From Lingula anatina (Eukaryota > Animalia > Brachiopoda), in NCBI GenBank assembly GCA_051362555.1, contig CM120644.1, positions 25,504,534-25,568,533 on the forward strand: 64,000 nt of DNA. The letters are read 5' to 3'. Shown piece by piece: positions 12,166 to 24,800 of this stretch. The notes under the pieces were generated by a model. The model worked only from the letters and a program-made list of their open reading frames with translations, was not told the DNA's origin and searched no databases. How positions within the stretch are numbered: position 1 is the stretch's first letter; the number at the start of each line of letters is the position of its first letter. Position numbers and translations under genes: made by a program.

Positions 12166-13664
12166 TTCTTATACACCTGGATATTATGCTTAACACCTGT
12201 CTGTGTCACCGCTGTGTAAGAGAGACACGTGTCACGTAGAGACGACTGCACGTCAGAGGAACGCAGTCTGGACGCCACGTGCAGCGTATTGTTGACCAGT
12301 TCAAAATAACAGGGCTCCATGTCATCAGCGTTAACCGGGGGGAAACAGAACCTCGGCTTAGGGTGACTGCTCGGTTTTAACAACGCAAAGCAATCATACC
12401 GATGGAGAATCATATCTAGGATGCATTGCCACGACGTACAATTCAGGAACTCTTCCACGGGTGTCAGCATGCACTCCACCTGCACGTGCCACTGAACGCT
12501 GTCCCTGATCCCGTGACACAGCGCACAGAACTTGTTAGCGTACGTCACACCATTGGCGTCTGTGACGGGGAGGAAGGTCTCAAAGTCCGCCCTGGTGTTG
12601 TTGACACATTTCTGCTTGACGTTGCTGTTTCGCCAGGCGTCCGGGCATCGAGCCAGCGTCCATACTGGGTACACGTGGTTAACGAAGGCCTTGGAAATTC
12701 TCGGAAAACTTGACAAACGACCAACTGTGGATAGAGCAATCTTCTGAATTGGTGTGCATGTCATGAAACTAGCATTATTACGGCCAGCATGCTGTACAGT
12801 ATGCTCTACCTGTGAAATGTCGCCACCCTTGTCCCGACTAGAGCTGTCCTTTGCCATATGACCGCTGCCATTCCCTGGTGACAGCCCCAGGGGTGGAGCA
12901 GCCAATACACTACTGTTCTGACTGCTGTCCTCTGACATATGACCACTGCCATTCCCTGGTGACAGCCCCAGGGGTGGAGCGGCCAATACACTACTGTTCT
13001 GACTACTGTCCTCTGACATATGACCACTACCATTCCCTGGTGACAGCCCCAGGGGTGGAGCAGCCAATACACTACTGTTCTGACTGCTGTCCTCTGACAT
13101 ATGACCACTGCCATTCCCTGGTGACAGCCCCAGGGGTGGAGTGGCCAATACCCTACTGTTCTGACTACTGTCACAGTGCTGGGTCACGTCATAGCAGCAG
13201 TCGTCAAACAAACAGCACAATGAGTCTGTGGAACAGTGGATAATGAAGCAGTACCAGGACGTCATGGATATCTTGCTGCCATATAACCACCGGTTAACAG
13301 GCGGGTTAGAGCCACCCGTGGATGACCCGTGTTCTCCTCCGCCCAGAGAGGATCGGTCCTCTGCCTTCAACCGACTGCTGTCCACAACACCGTCATAGGG
13401 CAGGATACAGTAGCAGAGAAATATCAGCGACATCTTCAAGCACGCGAACATTTTCACTGGAAAGGTGGTAGCCCTAGAGACTTTACGGCTCGAAGTACTG
13501 ACACCTTGCTGCTGTAGTTCAGTTAAATACTGCACATTTCTCGTGAAAGGTTGCCCGACATCTTGCGATAACTGCGGGGGTTCGTCTCGGCGTGCGTCAC
13601 ACAACAGTTGCAGGGATTCTGGTGAAGTTGTTTTGATCAGAAGCCATATTATAATGAGCAGCAT
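12121..13664 (-). CDS. Large exon of a Cys-rich secreted/membrane protein with a somatomedin-B-like motif (family-2/adhesion-GPCR ectodomain type); downstream exons not found
   Basis: 537-aa ORF 12051-13664 with hydrophobic N-terminal segments; HCSTDSLCCLFDDCCYD (SMB-like), CPDAW..VKQKC, LPVTDANGVTYANKFCALCHG, YKNYHCMLC. Four in-frame 27-aa repeats at ~12843-13170. Probable donor G|GTAGGT at ~12121. Confidence 0.7.
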
Positions 13665-13866
13665 CGTGTCAATTCAGAAGTTAAATTATGAAGTAATGAT
13701 GATAAAAAACAAAACGCCAGTGAACAGTTCTAAAATAAAGCCCCATCTCGAAAAAAGGTATTAAAGTGGAGCGATTTAGTGTCACTCCGGGATAAAGCGG
13801 GATATTAATATTAAGAAACGGAATAAAACATCTTCATTTGTAACAAAACAAAACAAAACAAAACAA

Positions 13867-13905
<39 letters not shown>

Positions 13906-14099
13906 TAGAGCATAGAAAATCTGAGTTGTAAACCTTAAAATTTAGTTAAAATAAAGATTGCATTCCAATACAAAGTCTTATTGGTTTACAACGCTCCTAA
14001 AGGTGGCTACCGGTTCTTTCCATCGGCACAACAAACATCCAGCAATCTTTGACTCACGGTTGCTTTATGCCAATTTAGTATACAACTAAACAGGGAAGC

Positions 14100-14975
14100 C
14101 GAGAGTTACGATTATGTTCCGTGAGATTGTTCGTAAGGGGTCATCCATTAGAGGCAGAGAGTTACGATTGGGTTATGTTCCGTTAGATAGTTCGTAAGGG
14201 GTCATCCATTAGAGGCAGAGAGTTACGAATAAGTTTCATCCGTAAGAGGCAGAGAATCACGATTGGGTTATGTTCCGTGAGATAGTTCGTAAGGGGTCAT
14301 CCATTAGAGGCAGAGAGTTACGATTGGGTTATGTTACGTGAGATTGTTCGTAAGGGGCCATCCATTAGAGGCAGAGAATCACGATTGGATTATGTTCCGT
14401 GAGATAGTTCGTAAGGGGTCATCCATTAGAGGCAGAGAGTTATGATTGGGTTATGTTCCGTGAGATTGTTCGTAAAGGCTCATCCATTAGAGGCAGAGAG
14501 TTACGATTGGGTTATGTTCCGTGAGATTGTTCGTAAGGGGTCATCCATTAGAGGCAGAGAGTTACGATTGGGTTATGTTCCGTGAGATTGTTCGTAAAGG
14601 CTCATCCAATAGAGGCAGAGAGTTACGATTGGGTTATGTTCCGTGAGATTGTTCGTAAGGGGTCATCCATTAGAGGCAGAGAGTTACGATTGGGTTATGT
14701 TCCGTGAGCTTGTTTGTAAAGGCTCATCCATTAGAGGCAGAGAGTTACGATTGGGTTATGTTCCGTGAGATTGTTCGTAAGGGGTCATCCATTAGAGGCA
14801 GAGAGTTACGATTGGGTTATGTTCCGTGAGATTGTTCGTAAAGGCTCATCCATTAGAGGCAGAGAGTTACGATTGGGTTATGTTCCGTGAGATTGTTCGT
14901 AAGGGGTCATCCATTAGAGGCAGAGAGTTACAATTGGGTTATGTTCCGTGAGATTGTTCGTAAAGGCTCATCCAT
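14100..14975. repeat. 61-bp minisatellite, ~14 copies
   Basis: Unit CCATTAGAGGCAGAGAGTTACGATTGGGTTATGTTCCGTGAGATTGTTCGTAAGGGGTCAT; includes the left terminus of the adjacent MITE. Confidence 0.9.
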
Positions 14976-15184
14976 TTTATCATCGTTTTCAGAAGTTTGC
15001 AAATAGTTTGCTGGGGGAAGGGGGATGCCCACCGTGCACTTTTGCACAACTTGCATGATGCAACTTGCTCTCAAATGTCATCTTTTTTTCCTTTTTACCT
15101 TTTTCTCTATGAAGGGGGGGGGGGGGGTGGAAAAAGACTATTGTTTTTAGACTTGTGAAAATGGTGATAAAAATGGATGACTTT
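14964..15184. mobile_element. Putative MITE (Harbinger-like)
   Basis: Inverted ends GGCTCATCCATTTTATCA and TGATAAAAATGGATGAC; preceded by TAA. Confidence 0.55.
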
Positions 15185-16751
15185 TTTAAGACCAAAATTC
15201 GGTGGTTTAGTGGGTCATACAGTATGTACATGTAGTAGTGCCTAGTAGTGGTCCAAAACAAGTAAGTTCAAAGTGGTGCATTGTAGAATATTTCCCCTGA
15301 GTTACGCTATGATGAAGCTCTGAACCTGGAAAATATTAGAACTTTAGAGAAACGAATCTTTCTTTTACCAAATAACTGAACCCTCTGACGAACTGAATCA
15401 CATTTTAATTGAGCAATCCTGGAATCGTCTTTTAAGATCAAACAATATATATATAGATATAATGATATAATGTGCCAAAATTTAAGACCGGAGGATTTCG
15501 ATGCTCCTTTATTCCATATGCACTTCTAAATTTCCAATAGTAAGATATATTGTTTTATCCCTTGTAGAGCAGTTTTGAGGTCAAGAAGCAGTCTTTTAAT
15601 TAAGTTTCATACAAATATTAATAATTTTATTACCATTACAATGCTCTTATCATTTTATGTACAACTTCAACCCACTGGGTTACAGTCTCAATAAGTTATT
15701 ATTATTATCATTTTTATTATTATTAAGAAATGATTAAGAATTTAATAATTACTTATTAAGAAATAACAAAGAAATGACATTTGAATAAAAGGTCTGATTG
15801 GTTTATACACTGTAATACTCTTCAGCAACCGGCCGTTATCCTGCAATTCCTGATAAACGTTGGCTTCATTTGGTATATAACAAAGGGTTCCGGAGGTACG
15901 ACTAACTTCTGTCCCAACAGACTGTTCTTAAGTCGACTTGTTCGTAAGTCTTGGTGGGTCTTAGTCTACGACAAGGCAGTAGCCTACTAAGGTATCGGTA
16001 GTCAGATCTGTGAACAACAACACCACGAGCTTTGAGTCTTATGAAAACTGTTACGTGAAAACCATTGACTGAGATGCCATACAAAGATGACTGGGAATTA
16101 TAGGCTTTCATAGTGCGGAATTCGTTGGGTTTCACATCACATAATTCCCGTCAGACAGATTACTGCGGACTACGACCTACACCTGCTTTGAATCAGTCAA
16201 TTATCTTGTAGTACTTGTTTGAAGCTAAAGATGAATTAAATACATCGCAAAACTAATTTCGTTTGCGTGGATCTCATTGTATTTGTAGAAACTTTCAAGT
16301 TCATGTTCATGGCCTCCTGTTTTCAGCGAGATATTGTAATGCTATATACCATCATATATATCAAATGTAAAAGGGATATGTGAAGGGTTTGGAGGTAAGG
16401 GGTTACAAAGGACCGACCTTTAATTTTTGGCCGGCAAAGGTCCACTCTAAATCAAAATTAGATCGACACTCTGTGCTATGGTATTTTAAGATTAATTTGG
16501 TCAACTTATCAAGGGGGTCAAGGGAGACATTTTTCAGAAAAGCCCCCCCCCCAACTTTGAAGCTGTGATCACATACATGTACCCTCATATAACCAAATAA
16601 ATATATGCGCAGAATAATTAACAAAACTCCTCGTTGAAAATGAAAAACATTTAAATACATAAATGAATAAATTTAGTTCCTGATTAACGATACATGAAAT
16701 TTAGCAAACACTTCAAAGTTAGGAGAGGCGGATATTTTCGCCGCAACTCAC

Positions 16752-16895
16752 ACATGACAAGTAGGCCGCTCTCTACCATGACAAGTAGGCCGCTCTCTAC
16801 CATGACAAGTAGGCTGCTCTCTACCATGACAAGTAGGCTGCTCTCTACCATGACAAGTAGGCCGCTCTCTACCATGACAAGTAGGCTGCTCTCTA
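16752..16895. repeat. 24-bp tandem repeat, 6 copies
   Basis: Unit CATGACAAGTAGGCYGCTCTCTAC. Confidence 0.9.
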
Positions 16896-18814
16896 GCTGA
16901 CCGTTTGTTGGCCGTTATCAAATCTTTGCACTGCATAAAACATAGACAAAGATTAATTTCGTTTATGCTAACTCAGTCATTTCATTGATTGAAATAGAAA
17001 TTGTAATTTACTCAGCTGAATATCTGGGTCCAGTTTTTTAAAGGACATTATCCTCATCCTAACCGGTGGTCAAATTCTCTTAACGCCGGTGTAGAAAATA
17101 GCGTTTAAAATTGCATGGTATAAAGGGAAGTTAAATAGCTGGTTTGAGAAACGCAGTTTTAACACTTAAACCCTTGGCTGGACAGCTTTTCCTGTTTGTA
17201 TTTAGAAATGAAGTTTTTCTAAAATGGTGTTGTATTAGGCTACTACATGTACGTGTGTATATACAAACATTAGACCTAAAAAAGACCGTTCGTCTTTTTA
17301 ACTGTCTGCACAAGGTCTTTGGAATGGAAGGAGGGGGGGGGGGGGGGGGGGGGGGAGGGGGGGGGGGGGGGAAGCAAAGAGACCAAAGATCATCTGTTGT
17401 ATTTCTTACGTGTACTGATTATACCAGAGATTTTCCAGTCCCAAAAATGTAGGGGAAATAAAAAATTGTTCTCCTTCATTGTTTTCTAACATCAGTCAAT
17501 TCTTGGTGTGAGATCAGCATACAAAAGATTTTCCAAATCTTAAAATTGCGTGGTATAAAGGGCAGCATACAATCAGCATAAAAAATTCCAAATATGAAAT
17601 TAAATTTCCTTATCAGTTGCTGCTTAAATATCAGCATGGATCTGAATATAAAATTCTTTTAGAAAATATTTCTTCTGAAATTCCTCTATTTTTAATCTTA
17701 CAAACCAGTCTCTTTGAGGATTCTTTGCAAGTCTAAGAAGATTTCCGATATTTGCCTTTTTCTCCGATGATTAAGAAAATTCTACAATTTACCAGTTTGG
17801 TCCTCTTTGGAAAATGTAAAATTAACCAATCGTTTAGGAGATTTTTTGACTGTTGCCCTTGGCGTGTGGTTCGGGCCTGCTAAAGGGCCCCGAAAAATTA
17901 TTGGTGTTTTGGAGGGGAAACGGTGCCCTTTGGTACGGCTTAGACCTATGATTCAGCTAGTCAAAATTCCAATTTCAAGAGGGGGGTATTGGTATGGTAT
18001 ATTTTTCAGAAACCGAAAGAGGGGTCAGGGGGCCCCTCTAAATCCGCCACTGGATAATAAACGCTGGATTTTCAAGAACGCCATGCAGTGCAGTCCTGGA
18101 TGTTACTTGGGCTTGTCTTGTGGTCTTCTTGATGCGGCACCCCCTGTCGGCCGTAATGCAGCGCGTTGACAGACGAATGTTTGTGAAAGGTTGGTGCGAG
18201 TTTATAAATGAATCATGACTTGATTTGCAGCAATTAGTAACTAGTTTCACATGAAAAGGATTCTATAGAGTGCTGCAGTAAAGAAATTACTTGTGTTCTG
18301 GTGTGTCTTTTGAAAAAGTTAAAAAATATCACGTTGTTTAACGCTTGTTAATTGTCACTTTTGCATGCCCCCCCCCCCCCCCCCCCCCACTAACACTTTA
18401 TTGGCTTTAAATTATTTTGGTAATTTATTTAATAATTCTTCAATGTTTTACAAGAAACTTTATAAGAAATTAAATATGAGGCCATCACGGGTAAAAGTAT
18501 GATGTAATTTCATTGGTCAAAGAGCTTACAAAAATATGGAGAATTGCATCGACTTTTTGTTAAGTTTGTCCTATTATATCAAAGTGGACAGGGATTTCAT
18601 TTCACCCAGACATGAGCTTTTCCATGGAAAAGCAGAATTCCGCATTTTTAATTCAATTCTGAGGGTTTCTGAGATTCGTCAAGGTTAGGTATTGGTTCCC
18701 ACAATACAATAAATCTTTTTCTACTGTCTTTGTTTTGTCAAATGACTAAAAAAAGTTTATGGAATTTTATGTCATAGTTTTTTAATTTATTTTATGCTCT
18801 TATTTATTTTCTAG

Positions 18815-21800
18815 ATGGAGAAAAATCCAAAGGATAATCTTTTTTCTAATGAAGGATTATTGGTAGATGAAAGAGGTGCAGATAAAGGACCAAGAAATGG
18901 AGTAGGTCAGGATTCATCTCAACCAGTAACAGAGGCCCTTCATTGTGACACAACCTACAAAATTGACCAAAATCATGAAAATATTGTTGAGAATTCAGCC
19001 AGCTTTCTGGTTGGTGGTCGTGGTGTTGTCAGGCCCCAGAGGTCAAGACTTCCAGGTGAGAGTTCTCTGCTTTAGGAACAGTGACAGGATATAGTTGTTT
19101 GTCCTATTAGTGTTTTTAATACATGTGCTATTTTCCACTTGTGTGATATGTAGTACAAGTACTGAAATGTTGTAATTAAATGGGGTGCTTGTTGTTTTTT
19201 AGTGCGAAGGTATCAGTTTGTAGAACCATCTTATCCACTGCGCCAGGCAGATGACATGACAGGTAGACTGCACCAGGCAGATGACATGACAGGCAGACTG
19301 CGCCAGGCAGATGACATGACAGGCAGACTGCGCCAGGCAGATGACATGACAGGCAGACTGCGCCAGGCAGATGACATGACAGGCAGACTGCGCCAGGCAG
19401 ATGACATGACAGGCAGACTGCGCCAGGCAGATGACATGACAGGCAGACTGCGCCAGGCAGATGACATGACAGGCAGACTGCGCCAGGCAGATGACATGAC
19501 AGGCAGACTGCGCCAGGCAGATGACATGACAGGCAGACTGCGCCAGGCAGATGACATGACAGGCAGACTGCGCCAGGCAGATGACATGACGGGCAGACTG
19601 CGCCAGGCAGATGACATGACGGGCAGACTGCGCCAGGCAGATCCCACTGAAGAGCTGACTGCAGTGGAGGCTGTTGAAAGCCGTAGTAGGGAACAGAAAT
19701 ATGTGAGGCATGGGGCTGCTCAGATGCAGGCTCATACTACAAGGAAACCAAGAAACACAGTTCAAACCAAAGGTGAATAACTGAAGTACTTATCTCTTGC
19801 TTAAAGCTATTAAAGTCATTGACATGGCAGAAAAATTTCACAACCTATGATGGAATTACCTTCATCATTTGTTATTTTAACTGTAATACAAAAATGTATG
19901 AAGTACTTCCTTTTTAATGCCATTGCTGTTGTTGAGATTTAATTGTGATTGTGCTTGGTTGTGATTGTGTTGATTTTGACTCAAATATTTGTCTGTCTGT
20001 CTGTCTGGTGCCATTGTTGATTCAACCCTTGGTGACTAATGATGCCAGTTTCAGCTTCCCATTTCCTGCTGAGTCCAGTAATATCTAATGTTAACTTGAC
20101 CAAGACAAAGGAACTCCAGAGAATAAATTCCTCCATGAGGATAGTAAAAAAGTAAGACCATCCTTGTCAAAGGTCTATTTGAACTTGTAAATCACCCATA
20201 CAATATATCATATTATCCTGAACCTATGTGTTGCATTCAGTAAAGTGTCTAGTATTCTTTTGTTCAAGACTAATTATATCCAGATGTCAAATAATTCCTT
20301 GAAGTAGATAAATTCCTCCCATCATAGCTGATAACTATAGCAGTCTTCAGTGCTCTGTTTGATGTGTATGATGAGGGTCACGGTGGTGGGAGTGAGGGGG
20401 GGGGGAGGGGCAGTCATCTTAGTCCATGTTAAATGAAATCATCAAATCACAGTAAAGTTTATTTAGATCTCACTGATGATGTGCATTGAAAATCTTGAAA
20501 ATCATGAATCACCGAGAATAATGACTTTGTATCACAAAGAATGTAGAATAAAAAGCTGCATTAACAGGTCACAGGAATAGGGTGCATCATGAGTTATTCA
20601 GAATAAAACAAACCTTTCATGTTTAAATTATTGTTTTTCTTTTTATCAAGAGCTTATAAAATACAAGTTGATACATACAGAGTTAATGAAACTGTTCTCT
20701 CAAACCTTTCATGCATCTCACAAAATATAATGTGGCTTTCACAGGTAACAAAATCACCCCATGGTCCCCTCTATGATGTACACTATGTATATGGTAGCAA
20801 TAATCTTTGTAGAAATGACCATCTAGGTTGACCATACATGATATTGTTTTAGATTGGGTAGATCAGTGCCGCCCTCACCTGGTCAAGTGGACACAATGGA
20901 CCAAGGTATCCAGGTGGACCTAGCTGACCTGTCCACTACAACACCACTGTCCTCTACACCTGTGGACATGAAGTTCACATCTCAGAGAAATGTAAGTTAG
21001 AATGCAGTGTGTTCTAAATCTCACTGAGAAGTTAAAATAGCTGAAATATTGGTAGCAGCCCAGTGTGTAGTTGTAGGATCAGTCCATCTCTGAGGGGTTT
21101 CTCACAAAATTGCTTTCAGCTTAAGCGGCTTAGATGTCTGGCACGCCTACTGAAGCTGCTCAATGATAATTAATTACCCCCTGCTTCAAAAACTGTGACA
21201 GACATCTAAACCGCTTCAGTTGATTGCAATTTAGCGAGAATCCCACTGGAGGTAGATCGATCCACAGTTAGTACAATGGAGTTTGGGAATCGTCCCATGA
21301 AAGTATTGGTATTTTTATTTGAAGGTGTCAACAGCCAAGTGTGTAGCCTATCATTTGAACACAGGCAGGAAGTGGCTATGGGGGCGGAGGTCAGGGCGGT
21401 CAGTTGGTAGAGATGACGTTAACCAGCAGAGGGCGCTGAGATCAGTGTGGTCAGGAGGGTCAGTGTCTGACTTCAGAGATGACGGGACAGAAAATGTGGT
21501 TGACATGTTCCTAGAAGACTTAGCCAGGACTGAGAACAGACAGTGAGTATCACAAGTCTACATACAACAACACACAGCCAGGACTGAGAACAGACAGTAA
21601 GTATCACAAGACTACATACAACAACACACAGCCAGGACTGAGAACAGACAGTGAGTATCACAAGTCTACATACAACAACACACAGCCAGGACTGAGAACA
21701 GACAGTGAGTATCACAAGACTACATACAACAACACACAGCCAGGACTGAGAACAGACAGTGAGTATCACAAGACTACATACAACAACACACAGCCAGGAC

Positions 21801-24800
21801 TGAGAACAGACAGTGAGTATCACAAGACTACATACAACAACACACAGCCAGGACTGAGAACAGACAGTGAGTATCACAAGACTACATACAACAACACACA
21901 GCCAGGACTGAGAACAGACAGTGAGTATCACAAGACTACATACAACAACACACAGCCAGGACTGAGAACAGACAGGGAGTATCACAAGACTACATACAAC
22001 AACACACAGCCAGGACTGAGAACAGACAGTGAGTATCACAAGACTACATACAACAACACACAGCCAGGACTGAGAACAGACAGTGAGTATCACAAGACTA
22101 CATACAACAACACACAGCCTGTTTAATAGAAAAGTAACTTATATTTTATATTTAATTCATTTATTTATATTTACTTAAACTATTATTAAAATATAAGTGA
22201 CTGATCCTATTCAAAATAAAACACACAGTTTACCTTCACACAGTAGAGCCTGCATGACTTGCATTGATATATTGAGTCGCCTTATAAACATAGATATCGC
22301 TTATTGTGATTTACTTGTAAAAAAAAAAAAAAAGCTACTAAATAACTTACACACTTTTAGTGCATGGCTGCTGTTTCATAGGGGCAATTTACAATATTTA
22401 TAACTATGACATCAACAACATTTGTGAACATATGTAAAAGTTTTATGATATTAGTCATATGTCTTAATTCCATTGTCTCAGGGCGCATTCCCATAGATTT
22501 TAGATCGATCTATCCCCGTGGGGAGTCTCACTCCATTACTGTCAGATAATCCGGCTTAAATGTCTTGGTGTTGTCTCCTTGCCATCAACACATCTCTGAT
22601 CATTGCCTTGAACTCCTGTCTGTAAGCCTTGCAATTCAAGCAGTACAGGAAGAAATTAGATGCGTGATTCATGTAAAACATGAGCACAAACAGTGTAAAC
22701 ATCATGGAGTTGACGGCTTTCTCCTGTGGTGTGGCTGCGGCATGGATGTCGTAGATTCCAGCCTGGATGAGGTTGAAGCCAATGGTCAGTATCCAATAGC
22801 AGACAGTGATGGATATCACCAGGCGGGTCATCTCTTTCATGTGCTCTTCCCCTCTCCGTGCCTCCACCATGACCTCCTCCTCTGTGTCCATGGGGTGTAG
22901 AGGGTCAGGAATACGGCCAGTCACCTGGACATCTATACTGACCAGTTTGTGACGGACTCTCATCTTCCACAGAAGCCATCCATTCAGTATAGGCAGTCCA
23001 ATGTAGGGGATCCCCCCATACAGCACCAGAACTATATATCTGTACACAGAGTAGTACTGACGGTCTGCTGCAGACAATACACTGTCTGTGCTGTGGAACA
23101 GGTTCCAACAGATACTAACACTGCCATTTTGATGCTCTAGAAATATCTGTGTAGTTAACACTGGAATGTTGAGGAAGAAAAAGAACAGTGCCAGGGATAG
23201 GATTGCTATTGCGGTTCTCTTCACAGAGAAATAGACAACATGTGCATCAGAGTAGTCAGCCTTGAGAAGTCTCTCTGTACTCAGCAGGATGAGAAGAGAC
23301 GAGGTGAGCTCAGGACCAAAATATTCTGCTGAGATTGTCACAAATTTACAGACACCCTCATTGGCTGTCATGGAAGGAATGTCAAGGTCATAGTTAGTCC
23401 AGTAGAAAAATCCACAAATTAGAACTAAGATATCTCCTAAGGCAACGCCCTTTAGTATCATGCAGCTAGGGGCCCAACGTAAAGGTTTTCGTGAGAAAAC
23501 AGCAAGTGCCAGGATGTTACAGCAAATACCAACGACTGAAATGAGAGGGCGGCCAATAATGCGTAGAGTGTAGGCAGCACTTTCCAGTGAGTTGTTGTAA
23601 GAATGGCCCAGATTTCTGCCTTCTATGGTCTGGGCCGTATATTCCAATGTGTTGTTGTAAGAGTGGTCTAAATTTGTGATATCTAAGCCATCCATGTCCT
23701 CTAGATGATACTTGGGACAACAGGTGCTATCATACCTGGGGGTATAGGGGAACAAATGCTGCAGACTTATTGGATTCCATATATAGTTGATTAAGTAGAG
23801 TTTGAAGAGGGAGTGTGTGTGTTTGTGTGCATGTGTATGTGTGTGTGTATGTGTGTGTAAGAGAGAGAGAGAGAGACAGAGAGAGCTATGCCACTGTAGC
23901 AGATTAAATCAAGACAGAAAAAAAAGAGCAATTTGAAACATCATGTTTTTAGAAGCGTCTGTTGGTTCATTAGTACAACTTATTTTTGTCCATAAGATGA
24001 TTATACTGTACAGTGGAGGTAACCTCTTTGCTGTGATATAATTACTATACAGTAGTTAACTTATTCCATAGCTATTACAGACTTTCTTTTACATAATTAT
24101 ATGTTTAAAAAAATGTTTCACAGTGCACAAATAATACTCACCTCTGCTAGATAGTGTCAGTAATGACTGCTTGTTCATATGACCTCAGTGTGGTGGGGAG
24201 AGTATATATCCTGTTATCTGGATTGGGTGATAACATGGTATGCTCTGGAACAGTGCAATGGAGAGAGTGATCGAGTGACTAGGGTTACCTTTATCTGTCC
24301 TGTCCGTGATAATTTTGTTATCAACCACATAAATTAGTGAGTCAAAGTTTTTTATACACAGTGCTGCATGCATGTTATATTTTATTCAACAGGTTATGTG
24401 AAGTAAATAAAGTTACATATTGTTACAATGCACAATTATAGACAATGTTCCAGGGAGAGACAGAGAGACCATTTCTGCTGTCCCTCAGTGAAAAACCACC
24501 CCATATAATAACCCTGTACTTATAGTTGATGAACTAGAAGACTGGTCTGAGAAGAGGATGCCATTCTGTAGTAATGTGCTGGCATTTTGACCAGTGATTT
24601 AATCACACCACAGTTTATACTTGTCTTCACTCATAGTTACATCATATTTTATAGTATTAAAAAAAGTTCAAGCTTTGGTTGTTGGATGTAAGGATAATTC
24701 TGATTCTGCCTTATAATACATATCTATCAGAAGCTGATAAAATATTTGATCACTATAATCCTCATTTTTAATGATAAAGTTAATAGAAGTGGTTCATGGT

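Noticed and set aside
17333-17371. Poly-G run and Gly-rich ORF 17144-17452
   Set aside because: Homopolymer tract; no coding evidence.
19199-22093. Minus-strand repetitive ORFs (19199-19765, 19231-19647, 21473-22093)
   Set aside because: Antisense readings of tandem repeats with 3n unit length.
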